DNA of 64,000 nucleotides from a virus (taxonomy: Duplodnaviria > Caudoviricetes), in the IMG/VR virus record IMGVR_UViG_3300046318_000439, positions 1 to 64,000 of that record, one strand, 5' to 3'. Numbering within the stretch: position 1 is the first letter of the stretch; every line of letters starts with the position of its first letter. Of this stretch, positions 10,849 through 20,827 are shown piece after piece. A model generated the notes under the pieces. The model did no database searches, was not told where the DNA came from, and was given only the letters and a program-made list of their open reading frames with translations. Position numbers and translations under genes: made by a program.

Positions 10849-11775
10849 TTATCCAAATGATGTGAGATGACCTAAGACAGTCCAGGCAGATCCTGTTCTT
10901 ACTAAATTGAAGCTGACGACATCTGTTTTGGTTGAGTTGCCACTAGGAGTGCTACCACCCTGCCATTTGATTGTCTGAGCCACTCCGTTTATTTGTATAG
11001 CTGTTGGAATATAGGCAATCACGCCTTGCGAGATAATAAGCGCAATTGACAAAGAACGATCGTTTGTTGTAGGCACGTTAGTAAAGTTTGCTGTAAAGTT
11101 ATCGGCTGCTGAACTGTGATACCAAACGGCACCTAATGTAAAATCATGATCTACAACACCTGTAGCTCCTGTTAGAGCATTCATTACCTCAAGCGTGCCT
11201 TCAAAAGTTACAATCTCTGTCCATGTTGTTGGGGATGAACCAGTATATCCTGTTATCCCTTGTGAACCACTGTATCCTTGCGAACCAGTATATCCTTGAG
11301 GACCAAACGTAGATGTTACTTGCCAAGTTGATCCATCGTAAATAAATTCAAACGTTGCACCGCCTAATGTTATTAAAACATCATCGGCGAATCCCTCTAT
11401 CGTACTGCCATTTCTTACAACGGTTAAGTTATTAATTTCAAAATCACTGCCATCTGTAATTTGTATATAGTGTCCAACTGTAGGACTTGATGGTAGGGTG
11501 ATATTAAAAGAACCCCCGCTAGTATCAGCAATTATTCTATCTTCTGTTGATGCTGTATAATTAGATGTTTTTACTGTCCATGGAGTGAAAGAACCAGCAG
11601 GTCCTAAACTACCTGTAAATCCAATAGAACCAGTATATCCTAACGATCCACGAGAACCAGTATAACCAACAACGGCACCAACCATTTCCCAACCATAGCC
11701 GTTATACTTCCAGGTTCTGGGACCTAGAGAATAGGTATCATTTAATACGGGGGATGAAGGGAAATCTAATGGCAT
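10849..11775 (-). CDS. Tail-fibre/appendage-like virion protein, 308 aa
   Basis: N-terminal MPLDFPSSP...TWKYNGYGW module, GYTGS triplets, and a WTVKTSNYTA...IIADTSGGSFNITLPSSPTVG domain of the kind seen in T4-like phage fibres. Confidence 0.7.
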   Translation of the reverse strand: MPLDFPSSPVLNDTYSLGPRTWKYNGYGWEMVGAVVGYTGSRGSLGYTGSIGFTGSLGPAGSFTPWTVKTSNYTASTEDRIIADTSGGSFNITLPSSPTVGHYIQITDGSDFEINNLTVVRNGSTIEGFADDVLITLGGATFEFIYDGSTWQVTSTFGPQGYTGSQGYSGSQGITGYTGSSPTTWTEIVTFEGTLEVMNALTGATGVVDHDFTLGAVWYHSSAADNFTANFTNVPTTNDRSLSIALIISQGVIAYIPTAIQINGVAQTIKWQGGSTPSGNSTKTDVVSFNLVRTGSAWTVLGHLTSFG

Positions 11776-11780
11776 ACCTT

Positions 11781-11787
11781 TATTTAT
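11781..11787 (-). promoter_or_regulatory. Late-promoter-like ATAAATA
   Basis: Intergenic, upstream of the 11775 start. Confidence 0.4.
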
Positions 11788-11797
11788 CCTGTTTAAA

Positions 11798-13396
11798 TCA
11801 TATGATTACTACGTATGTGCTGCCAAAAGTGACAGGGGTTGAACTAAAGGTTAAATTCTCTGTTAATTCAACGAACGAAGCGTGGTTTGTAACTGTTGCA
11901 CCTTGAGTGGTGTTTACGGTAGTGCCATCAAAATAAAAATTACACACATATGGGGAAGCCATTGATTGAGTAGAGTTTGCCCATATCTCACATACAACAA
12001 TATCACCCTTTTGTGCACTAACAGCGCTTGTAGTAATACCAGTTATATGTTGAACTGTTATACCAGTGCCACCAGTACCGCCACCAAGAGATGCATTACC
12101 AGAATCTCTTACATAGCCAACAATTGTCCCTGTTCTTGGTCGCCACACATATATGTTAAGCGCGTTCACAGAAAATGCTGCAGCTGCTGAGTCAGCATTT
12201 TGAGCAGTGTTCAATATCATTGTGCCACCACCAACCGTTTGATTAGAATCCAACGGTAAAGTAGCAAACATGGCACAGAATTGTTGTTGTAGAGTAGAAA
12301 GAGATGCTGATGTAAGTGTTGTGTTTGTTTGAGCTGTACCTATTGAGGTATTCATCAAACGAAGTCTTGACATAGAAGTGTCAAATATACTTGTGCCATC
12401 AGAATCAGGTGTGGCTGTACTTAATTCAGAACCAACGGTCTCCCATGTAAGTCCCTTATCAGCTGACCTATACACCATCGACACACCACCGGTAGCATAA
12501 AGGTATGTGTTAGCTCCAGCACTCTCGCCAGGCCAAACAGCATATAATGTATTAACAGAGTCTGGTGTTGGATTTGGAGAAGGGGAACGTGTTGTCCATG
12601 TAGTACCATTTGTCGAAGTGAGTAATGCCCCTCCTGTTCCACTTACAACAAGGGTGTCGTCAACTTTTGTAATACCCCACACATTTTCAGCAAAACCCAC
12701 TGGTGCTCGAGGCGTCCATGTTGTACCATTTGTTGATGTTTCTATTAAGTCAACACCACCAGTAATAAACAACGATAGAGAAGAATCCCAATATATGTTG
12801 TAACGGCTGGCCGCACCGGATGTTGTGTTGGTCCACGTTCCAGCTGGATCTGACGTCGTCCATATAGCACCAGCACTACCTACCGCTACCCATAGGTTGA
12901 GTGTTGGAGAATAATCAACGCCAATCACGTTCGTAGCGGTGCCAATATTGCCACCACTCCAATTGATACCGTCTGTGGAGGTAAAAACACATCCTTGAAC
13001 TCCAGCTGCTGTATCTCCAACTACGACCCATATATTATTTTTATAACGAACTCGCTCTAAGAAACGTGCAGATGGGTCTGTGAATCGAAGTGTCCAGGTA
13101 ATACCATCTGCAGATGAATATATACGTCCTTGCGTATCGGCCATCACATATAACGAACCGCTGTAATATACATCTGATACAACGAAGTTTCCAGTTATTG
13201 TACAGTTATTCCAGTCCACACCATTTAATGAGTATTGCAGGGATCCGTTAGTAGGATTCGTATCTCCACCTACAAAATGCTTACCGCCTGCGTAGTATCC
13301 CGTGTAGTTAATAAGATTATTAACGCCTTGGTTGTACTTGCCAGTGAATGTAGCTCTATCATAGGCAGCATTATGTAAATATAATCTAGTTGCCAT
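11798..13396 (-). CDS. Beta-propeller (BNR/sialidase-like repeats) virion protein, 532 aa
   Basis: Repeated S.DG(I/T)(N/T)WT motifs (SADGITWT, STDGINWS, STNGTTWT, SADKGLTWE). Confidence 0.7.
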   Translation of the reverse strand: MATRLYLHNAAYDRATFTGKYNQGVNNLINYTGYYAGGKHFVGGDTNPTNGSLQYSLNGVDWNNCTITGNFVVSDVYYSGSLYVMADTQGRIYSSADGITWTLRFTDPSARFLERVRYKNNIWVVVGDTAAGVQGCVFTSTDGINWSGGNIGTATNVIGVDYSPTLNLWVAVGSAGAIWTTSDPAGTWTNTTSGAASRYNIYWDSSLSLFITGGVDLIETSTNGTTWTPRAPVGFAENVWGITKVDDTLVVSGTGGALLTSTNGTTWTTRSPSPNPTPDSVNTLYAVWPGESAGANTYLYATGGVSMVYRSADKGLTWETVGSELSTATPDSDGTSIFDTSMSRLRLMNTSIGTAQTNTTLTSASLSTLQQQFCAMFATLPLDSNQTVGGGTMILNTAQNADSAAAAFSVNALNIYVWRPRTGTIVGYVRDSGNASLGGGTGGTGITVQHITGITTSAVSAQKGDIVVCEIWANSTQSMASPYVCNFYFDGTTVNTTQGATVTNHASFVELTENLTFSSTPVTFGSTYVVII

Positions 13397-13685
13397 TTAA
13401 ATAATTTCCACTCAACGTACATTCTGGAAAATGTTGTTTGATTTCAGGTCTGCAAGGATTATCAACACGAGCTTCTCCTGAGATGTTATAACAAGCTCCT
13501 GGTTCACCTGGTTGCTTTCCTTCCACCCAAGCTATTTCTGGATCATTAGCACCTACCTCACACAACCCACACTGGTTGCATGTTCCCAGTATCTCCCATT
13601 GCTCACCGCTAGTGGTTTCATATACCACACGCCCAGCCGTCTGCTCAATAATAAAGATATTAGGATCTCTAGTTGCTATTTTCAT
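13386..13685 (-). CDS. Small Cys-cluster protein (CxxCGxC; YkgJ-like putative Fe/Zn-binding), 99 aa
   Basis: GTCNQCGLC motif plus three further Cys; 11-bp overlap with the downstream gene; apparent paralogue at 21509..21880. Confidence 0.6.
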   Translation of the reverse strand: MKIATRDPNIFIIEQTAGRVVYETTSGEQWEILGTCNQCGLCEVGANDPEIAWVEGKQPGEPGACYNISGEARVDNPCRPEIKQHFPECTLSGNYLNGN

Positions 13686-13686
13686 A

Positions 13687-14184
13687 TTATGGTGTTGTTA
13701 CAATTTGTAGTGCTACAGTCACACGTGTCGCGTTGACTGGAGTTGGAGTTGCATTGACGCTAAATTGTATGATGTCGCCAGCTGTAAATGAAGTGAAGTT
13801 TGTCCAGTCGATTGTGGTATTAGCATTCTTTTGCGCTGAGGTCAATGTTGGACTTGTGCCACCCGAGTTGGTGAATGTAGGGAAGTTAGCATATGTTGCT
13901 TTCGATACATCTACTTTGACAGTACTTGAAGCGACATCAGAATAAATGTCCCACGACACGACGTTCGCATTGAAGTCTATCTGAACAAACCCTTTTGAGC
14001 CAGCTGTAACGACAGATCCACCACCATCAACAACAAAGTTAATTGTTCTTGTTTTTTCGTTTGGGGATGCAACAGCAACAGCCTGGCCTTCAAGCACCCA
14101 GGCACTACCATTATACCTCCACGTCTTACCACCAAACGTATATGTTTGGCTCGTGGCAGGGGATGTAGGAAAATCAATTGGCAT
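13687..14184 (-). CDS. Fibre-associated virion protein, 165 aa
   Basis: N-terminal MPIDFPTSP..TY..GKTWRYNGSAW module; C-terminal beta-sandwich (RTINFVVDGGGSVVTAGSKG...) that is common in phage structural genes. Confidence 0.65.
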   Translation of the reverse strand: MPIDFPTSPATSQTYTFGGKTWRYNGSAWVLEGQAVAVASPNEKTRTINFVVDGGGSVVTAGSKGFVQIDFNANVVSWDIYSDVASSTVKVDVSKATYANFPTFTNSGGTSPTLTSAQKNANTTIDWTNFTSFTAGDIIQFSVNATPTPVNATRVTVALQIVTTP

Positions 14185-14206
14185 AACTTAACCTTTTCAA
14201 TTTCTA

Positions 14207-14213
14207 TATTTAT
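14207..14213 (-). promoter_or_regulatory. Late-promoter-like ATAAATA
   Basis: Overlaps the stop of 14213..18700; upstream of the 14184 start. Confidence 0.45.
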
Positions 14214-17200
14214 TATGCGGCGGTCTTGCCGCCAAAACCGTACGATGCATCAAACTCAATCATCGTTCCATTTATTGTACTGTCCGCAAATGTTGCACGT
14301 GAATAACCAGTAATAATTAGTCGCTCGCCAACAGCATGAACACTTGATGTGAAATCCGTAGCACCAGAACCAACTTGATACTTAGTCCACGTACCAGTTG
14401 TTAGATTCAAAATGCCTAAACACATATCTAACAATCCATATGTTTGTTGATCGTCGCTGAACGAGCCAGCAGAGGAACAAACAATACATATGTGTTCATT
14501 ATCGTCCATTAAAACACTTGGCTTGCCATTTTGCTCAAAAAACTCAGAGCTTGTACTACCAGTCTGATAGGCAGTTCCCCACGTTCCAGTTGAATAGTTA
14601 AACAACACAACACCGATGTCTTCAGTACCAGTGTTTGTTTGGTTACCTAAAGCACCATAACTTGAATAAACAACAGCAAGGGTATTAGCACCAAGATCAT
14701 GCACATTGACGCCTTTATCATCTAGACCAGAACCTATATTATAGTAGCTAGATGTTTCCGTGGTAGGATCAAATATTCCCAAGAATACATCATAACCTCC
14801 TTGGTTTGTGCCACCTAGGTTACCAGATGTTCTTCCAGTGTATGCAATTTTACCATTTGCTAGTTCACATAGTGCATATGTTTCTTCATCTAAACTTGTG
14901 CCATTTTGATAGTAATCAAATGTTTCGTTTACAGGATCAAACTCAAATATAATATAATCATAAACACCTGAAGTGCCTGTATTAGTCTTGCTAACATCTC
15001 CAGAAGTTTGACCGATGGCATATATTGTACCATCGCTTGCTTCAATTATATCATATCCAAATATATTTCCATCGTCGGCAGTGCCATCGCCAACTGTGCC
15101 TACTTGATAGAATTGGAATATGTCGCTAGTATAATTTAACTTAATGCCATTTAATCTATTTGTCAAATAATGTTCTGAATTTAAGTATGTCTGAATACTA
15201 TCTAAGTCAATATAACCCAACCAGAACATAAACACACCTGAAGGTCCATATGAACCATCATAAATGTTTGCTGTGAACCCATAATCATTTGTTTGGAAGT
15301 CATTAGACAAACTTGGGTTTTCAATAATGTTGATTGTTCCACCCATGCCACTATGACTACCACAACGATAGTATAATATATCCGGAGCGTCATGTGGTAC
15401 AGTAAATGTTAGCGTAACACCAGCAGTAGCTCCATTATTTGTCACGCCTTCGTTATAAGCGCCAGCTGAACCTACAGTATTGACTGATTTAATCCAGAAA
15501 GGATGGCTGCCTGTATAAGCCATCGTAAATGTGTAGGTACCACCTCGGGCTAACGTTAGTGTTGGATCTTGTGCGTTAACTAAATCACCACCATTGAAAA
15601 CATAGTTGTTGGTACCAGAGTTAGTGACGGTATAAGATGTACCAGTAAAGGGTGTGTATATGCCACCTGTTTGAACTAAGCTTGCTACTATGTCAGAAGG
15701 AGCGGTTTGACTAGAAGGATCTCCTGTGCCACTACTACCAGTTAAAGAAGTTGCTTGGTAAATATAAGGCACGCCAGGATTACCTTCAATGTGATACAAA
15801 CCAGTACCAAAACCACCTGTCCAACATCTGAACAAAACAGCATCACGCCCAAAACTATGGCTCTCACTCCATCCAACTGATACAATATTTTCTCCAGATG
15901 GATCTTTCCTTACAGCAACAAGACGCTCGTCCATATCATGCCCAAAAGCATTTTGCCAGAGCAGTGTACCCGCTAAACTGTACTTAGCCACAAATCCATC
16001 GTCCATGGCCATATTAGTTACACCGGATGCTGTAGTATATCCAACAACATGAACGCCAGTACTGTTAACTGCTAGAGAGTTAAATGCAGTAGTAGCTATT
16101 TTATTAGCCCATGTTTTAGTTAGCGTGTATGTACCAGAAGATTCTGTTATTTGGAAACGCATCGCGTATCCGCTTGTTCCTACGCTACCAGCTAATACAT
16201 ACTCATCAGCATCAACAATATCAATATCTCTAGCATAGCATGCAGTACCATCGGTGTAAGTTTGTACCCACTTAATCATTCGATCGGAGTCGTCAATTAC
16301 TCCCATACCAAACTTCATTGATGGCGTACCTGCACCATTATTACCAGCAAACAAGAATTGTCCGCCATTTGAATTGTTTGTATCTCTACGCAATCTGTTG
16401 ACTACAAGATTAGATACAGAGTTTTGTTCCAACACAACCCCATCATGATCTGTCACTACAAATATTGTAGATGTTCCTGATACGACAGAAAGTGTGAAGA
16501 AGTCAGTACCAGCTTTACGAGTAAGAGCAATGCTTGATGCATATTCTTCGCCTGCTGAACCATATACAGCAGCAAACTCCAAACGTCCTGTTGCGCAATT
16601 AGCTTTAATTAATAAAGCATCACTGCCACCTTCTCCAGCATTCGTTGTCTTGCCAGCTATAAACACATGCTCTTCTGCAGTATCGGCAACAAGAGAATAT
16701 GCTGTATCTACACCTAGTGCACCACCATCAAATGATGTTTGCCATACTAATTCGTAGTTGGCATTGAATTTCATTAATATGATATATCCAGCATCATGAT
16801 TACCGACAGCATACATGTTACCATTAGAATCAATAGCAACATCCACAAAATCCATCTGGTTAGATCCGTCCGTGAAGTTGCGGACAAACCCATGAACCTT
16901 CATATCCTTCTTTTCTACTAACTCACTCTTTGTGTAACCAGTCAGCCAGAGTTTTCTTGATGTTGGAGATTCGAATACACCAGTGATGTAATCATCGCCA
17001 GCACCTCCCCACGCAAAGTGATATGGTTCCTCGTTGGTGTTTGGAAACACACTAACTAATAAATCTCCACTCGTAGATGAAGTATCAAACCCATTAGCAG
17101 CTTGTGTTATTCTTCCGACAGCAACTCTTCTACCATCTGTTAATTCGATTCCTTGGTAGTAAAATTCTTCACCCCCAAGTATAGATTCTTTTCTATTAAT

Positions 17201-18700
17201 AAATTTAGGGCTTGATATTGTATATTCTAAAACTGATGTATCATCTGCAATACCAGCTGGTTCTATTGTTGTGTGTTTTGTAAGCTCGGATGTTATATGA
17301 TCATACGACACGTATCCAGTATTGCTAGCAGGCTTAGTTGTAAATGAATTAGTAGATGGATTATAATCTAAATGAGGATATCCTGTAAATGTACCACCTA
17401 CTTCAAATGAATACATTCCAGGACCAGCATAACTTCCGCCTCCTAATGATGTGCCACTAAGAAGTGCGTAAAACTTAGCATCTGTAGGGTTGTGTTCAAA
17501 TCCATGAACACGTACGTATTTGGTGTTGCTGTTTGTAACAACTTGACCTTCGCTTGTCCATGTAGTGCCATCAAAAGATTGTAAAGATACTCCACCTGTT
17601 GCTGGATCCGTATAGCAAGCATAAAGTTTGTTGTTATATACAAGCAGATGACAATCTGGTCTTACGGCAGCGCCAGACACTAATGTGTATTGAATAAGAC
17701 TACCACCAGCAATTGTATCTAAGCTATTCAAGCTCCATATCTTAAGATCAAAACCGCTAGTAGCATTATTAAAAATAACTGGGAAATATATACGTACCCC
17801 ATATGCTGCACCAGCACTAGCGCGAACAGGATAATTGTGTTGAGTGTTTGTTGATGGGTTGAATGAAGGGTCAGCTAGATTATATGTTCCTAGATTAACT
17901 TCACCAGTAAATGATAGCGAACTTTGAGTATACGTTCTAGTGAACACATCCCAATCTGATCCATTAGCTGTAATATAGAAACAATGGAAACGATTACTAT
18001 TACCTTTAATAATACCACCTGGCATATAATTCTTTGCACTAGTAGTTGGTAGAGTTACGTCATTGTGTGAGTTATGAGCGCCACCAATACTTGGTGTGTG
18101 TATACGAGCAAGAACGCTTGCGTAATCGGTACCCATCACTGCAATTCGCGAATTGATCATGTAACCATATGCTTTATCCTCTGGATTGATGTATCCTCTT
18201 GCAGACATTGTTTGTCTGCCATTTTCATAAGTTGGATAAAATAACGGTAAGTGTTTGTGGTATTGATAATAATCCCACTCAGAACTATTCTCACCTAGAT
18301 ATGCTCTGTCCCAATAAAAGGCATCATCATCTGTAGCTGGAGCCAATGAGCCAAGATGGCCAAAGAAGAATGCATCTCTTTCAACAGTAGCTGTTATATC
18401 ATTAACGCCAGCACCGACGTTTTCAATTGAAGAGCCGTGATATTTTGTAGAGGTACCTTCCCATACTTCTTGTATGAAAGGAACAGTTCCTTCCATTTGA
18501 ATTGTTGGCTGACTATTTAATATTGAAAGAGCGTTGTTCCACTGGTAAGGCTTAATTGCAGCGCCAAGTGTGTCATTGTTACTATTAACAGGCACATAGT
18601 AAAACCAATGGCCGCTAGTACTAATACCGCTAGTTGCTGGTATATTTAAATATTCACTGCTTGTCAGTGATACTTCTCTAACAGTATTTGCTATAGACAT
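14213..18700 (-). CDS. Large virion structural protein with beta-propeller repeats and a cupredoxin-like domain, 1495 aa
   Basis: D.AIDS.GN.YAVG-type propeller repeats; HPFWIK...YYRCGSHSGMGG copper-site-like motif. Confidence 0.7.
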   Translation of the reverse strand: MSIANTVREVSLTSSEYLNIPATSGISTSGHWFYYVPVNSNNDTLGAAIKPYQWNNALSILNSQPTIQMEGTVPFIQEVWEGTSTKYHGSSIENVGAGVNDITATVERDAFFFGHLGSLAPATDDDAFYWDRAYLGENSSEWDYYQYHKHLPLFYPTYENGRQTMSARGYINPEDKAYGYMINSRIAVMGTDYASVLARIHTPSIGGAHNSHNDVTLPTTSAKNYMPGGIIKGNSNRFHCFYITANGSDWDVFTRTYTQSSLSFTGEVNLGTYNLADPSFNPSTNTQHNYPVRASAGAAYGVRIYFPVIFNNATSGFDLKIWSLNSLDTIAGGSLIQYTLVSGAAVRPDCHLLVYNNKLYACYTDPATGGVSLQSFDGTTWTSEGQVVTNSNTKYVRVHGFEHNPTDAKFYALLSGTSLGGGSYAGPGMYSFEVGGTFTGYPHLDYNPSTNSFTTKPASNTGYVSYDHITSELTKHTTIEPAGIADDTSVLEYTISSPKFINRKESILGGEEFYYQGIELTDGRRVAVGRITQAANGFDTSSTSGDLLVSVFPNTNEEPYHFAWGGAGDDYITGVFESPTSRKLWLTGYTKSELVEKKDMKVHGFVRNFTDGSNQMDFVDVAIDSNGNMYAVGNHDAGYIILMKFNANYELVWQTSFDGGALGVDTAYSLVADTAEEHVFIAGKTTNAGEGGSDALLIKANCATGRLEFAAVYGSAGEEYASSIALTRKAGTDFFTLSVVSGTSTIFVVTDHDGVVLEQNSVSNLVVNRLRRDTNNSNGGQFLFAGNNGAGTPSMKFGMGVIDDSDRMIKWVQTYTDGTACYARDIDIVDADEYVLAGSVGTSGYAMRFQITESSGTYTLTKTWANKIATTAFNSLAVNSTGVHVVGYTTASGVTNMAMDDGFVAKYSLAGTLLWQNAFGHDMDERLVAVRKDPSGENIVSVGWSESHSFGRDAVLFRCWTGGFGTGLYHIEGNPGVPYIYQATSLTGSSGTGDPSSQTAPSDIVASLVQTGGIYTPFTGTSYTVTNSGTNNYVFNGGDLVNAQDPTLTLARGGTYTFTMAYTGSHPFWIKSVNTVGSAGAYNEGVTNNGATAGVTLTFTVPHDAPDILYYRCGSHSGMGGTINIIENPSLSNDFQTNDYGFTANIYDGSYGPSGVFMFWLGYIDLDSIQTYLNSEHYLTNRLNGIKLNYTSDIFQFYQVGTVGDGTADDGNIFGYDIIEASDGTIYAIGQTSGDVSKTNTGTSGVYDYIIFEFDPVNETFDYYQNGTSLDEETYALCELANGKIAYTGRTSGNLGGTNQGGYDVFLGIFDPTTETSSYYNIGSGLDDKGVNVHDLGANTLAVVYSSYGALGNQTNTGTEDIGVVLFNYSTGTWGTAYQTGSTSSEFFEQNGKPSVLMDDNEHICIVCSSAGSFSDDQQTYGLLDMCLGILNLTTGTWTKYQVGSGATDFTSSVHAVGERLIITGYSRATFADSTINGTMIEFDASYGFGGKTAA

Positions 18701-18861
18701 CTACATACCTTTTCGTAATACAATCTACTAGACATTATGCTCATCACCAACCACATGAACCACATTTGTCCAGTTACTTGTCCAGACCCACATACTGGAG
18801 ATAAATTAATATATTCAAAAACAGCAAAACAAAGTAAAAGAGGAGCCCATACCCACTTCAT
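18691..18861 (-). CDS. Small membrane protein, 56 aa (MKWVWAPLLL...)
   Basis: The ATG at 18861 overlaps the upstream TGA (ATGA) and its stop overlaps the next start. Two hydrophobic segments. Confidence 0.55.
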   Translation of the reverse strand: MKWVWAPLLLCFAVFEYINLSPVCGSGQVTGQMWFMWLVMSIMSSRLYYEKVCRCL

Positions 18862-19490
18862 ACTGCCTCGCCTAATCCATTCAACCATGTGTGGTTTGCG
18901 TTTAGTGTTCTCCACTCTTCTAATGTTTTTTGTTCAAAAGGAGGCAAAGCGTTTGTGTCGACTAGATGGATGATGTTGCTTTTTGGTACTGATGGGTTTA
19001 GTATACCTTCAATATTATTAAATATTCCGGTATATGAGTCATGAGAAGTTAGTACATCTTCTGTGATAACATAATCAAACCACATTGCTCCAGTTGCGTT
19101 TCTTGTCTTTGTTACAAACTGCGCTTCAGTTAATGATACATCGTGAATAGCAAACTTTACTTTTTCTTTATTTTTAATTGTGTGTATATATCGAGAGCTA
19201 TCACATCCCCATACATTCATGCCTAACGTTTTCAACGCTTCCATTAAGAACCCTAATGCACAACCTCCAACAAATATATCGGAGCCTTCTGGAATGTTGC
19301 AGTTTGTTACAATATTTTGAGCACGTACATTAAATAACTGATCATCTTCAAAAAATAGACGTGAGTATGTAATATCTACTTCAGCACAACGACAGTTGTG
19401 AGCCCTAGCAGCTCCACAACCACGCTGTCTATAGTATTGTCTCCAGTAAGCTTTTTCGAACCCTGCTTTATCCCACGTATACAAGAGCAT
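18858..19490 (-). CDS. Class I SAM-dependent methyltransferase-like protein, 210 aa
   Basis: Start corrected to MLLYTW at 19490, 1 nt after the upstream stop. IFVGGCALGFL...GMNVWGCDSS resembles methyltransferase motifs I-II. Confidence 0.6.
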   Translation of the reverse strand: MLLYTWDKAGFEKAYWRQYYRQRGCGAARAHNCRCAEVDITYSRLFFEDDQLFNVRAQNIVTNCNIPEGSDIFVGGCALGFLMEALKTLGMNVWGCDSSRYIHTIKNKEKVKFAIHDVSLTEAQFVTKTRNATGAMWFDYVITEDVLTSHDSYTGIFNNIEGILNPSVPKSNIIHLVDTNALPPFEQKTLEEWRTLNANHTWLNGLGEAV

Positions 19491-19491
19491 G

Positions 19492-19860
19492 TTATGTTCC
19501 TGAGATTGGTGTACCTGGCTTAAACAAGAAGTCAGTTGAATTAATCGCAAATCCCAAAAACACTGTTCTTACTGTCGATGTTGGTGTTGGAGGTGAACTT
19601 GTAATACTTCCATTTGCTGCTAAGAAATATGGCGAGCCTGCACTGAGTGATGTAAACCCAGGAACAACTCCTGATGCGTAATATATGCCGTTTTGTTTAA
19701 GCAAGATCGCATTCAGTTGCACTGCGCTGTCTCCACTAGATGCGTCTGTGCATGAATTTGATCCACTTATTCTAACAACTTTACCATCTGTACCCCCAGT
19801 GAGACTTGGTACAGTAATTGCTGTATCTGTGACTGTGCTTGTTGATTTAACAAAAGTCAT
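19492..19860 (-). CDS. Small virion structural/decoration-like protein, 122 aa
   Basis: Beta-rich, with a G..PG.T.L.AG..YFL...G.I....P motif typical of small phage structural proteins; in-operon spacing. Confidence 0.5.
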   Translation of the reverse strand: MTFVKSTSTVTDTAITVPSLTGGTDGKVVRISGSNSCTDASSGDSAVQLNAILLKQNGIYYASGVVPGFTSLSAGSPYFLAANGSITSSPPTPTSTVRTVFLGFAINSTDFLFKPGTPISGT

Positions 19861-19861
19861 A

Positions 19862-20815
19862 TTAAACTCCTACCCTTGAAACTTCTAAAAATGAACTACT
19901 TGTAGCTGTACCAACAGCTCCAGAATTGCTTGCAAACAACTCAATGTAGTCTCCTACACTGAATGTAAATATTTCATCGATTATTGCCGTTTGATTAGCA
20001 TTCATGGTAACACTTGTTACAGTAGTTGTAATGTTTTTCTTTATTGTAAATGTGTATGAATTATCACTTCCAGCTGTACTAGTTATAATTGCTCCCTTGA
20101 GTCTAAAATAACCAGTAGATCCAAACGTAATTCTTGTCGGTGTACCTATATCCCAGTATGTGGCCCCATCAGCGTTCGCATTTGCGTCGTACGCAGGCGT
20201 TGTCCATATAATCGCTGTTGGTGTACTGGTCATTGATACAGCACCGCTTAAAGCTGTTCTAATCCCGCTAAATGAATCACCTTGTGATACACCTTGGCCA
20301 AATGTAAGACCAAGACGTACTATTTCAATAACACTATTTACTAATAACGTACCGACGTTATCTGATTCATTGGCTAAAATTTCAATATAGTCGCCAGCAG
20401 CCAATTCAATAATCTCATCATACGTCACCGCTTGATTGGCAGCTATTGTTTCTGATGATAAAATAGTAGTACCATTCTTTCGTACTTTTATAGTGTAAGA
20501 ACTACCAGCTCCACTAGGACCAGCATATATTGTCGTCTTTACATTATAATATGCATTATCTGGAACTGTTAGTTTAGTTGCATCAGCAGTTGTAAAATAA
20601 TTGCCAACATCAAAAGACTCAACATCCCAATCGATAGGGACGTCAGTAGATGTTAAATAAATTGGTGCGTCTGTGTATACTTTAGCTCCACTAAAAAGAC
20701 GATTAGTGGTACCAATAACAACGCTCCACTTGACGCCATCATACTTCCATAGTACTGCATTTGGATCAGTGTATGTGTCGCCAGTTGTAGGGGAAGAAGG
20801 AAAGTTAAGTGCCAT
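19862..20815 (-). CDS. Virion protein with two tandem C1q/TNF-like (BclA-CTD-like) domains, 317 aa
   Basis: MALNFPSSP..WKYDGVKW N-module, then two similar units beginning FSG(A/I)(K/R) with TKLTVP..AYYNV / TRITFGSTGYFRL...GDYIE. Confidence 0.6.
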   Translation of the reverse strand: MALNFPSSPTTGDTYTDPNAVLWKYDGVKWSVVIGTTNRLFSGAKVYTDAPIYLTSTDVPIDWDVESFDVGNYFTTADATKLTVPDNAYYNVKTTIYAGPSGAGSSYTIKVRKNGTTILSSETIAANQAVTYDEIIELAAGDYIEILANESDNVGTLLVNSVIEIVRLGLTFGQGVSQGDSFSGIRTALSGAVSMTSTPTAIIWTTPAYDANANADGATYWDIGTPTRITFGSTGYFRLKGAIITSTAGSDNSYTFTIKKNITTTVTSVTMNANQTAIIDEIFTFSVGDYIELFASNSGAVGTATSSSFLEVSRVGV

Positions 20816-20820
20816 ATGTG

Positions 20821-20827
20821 TATTTAT
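20821..20827 (-). promoter_or_regulatory. Late-promoter-like ATAAATA
   Basis: Overlaps the stop of 20827..21519; upstream of the 20815 start. Confidence 0.4.
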
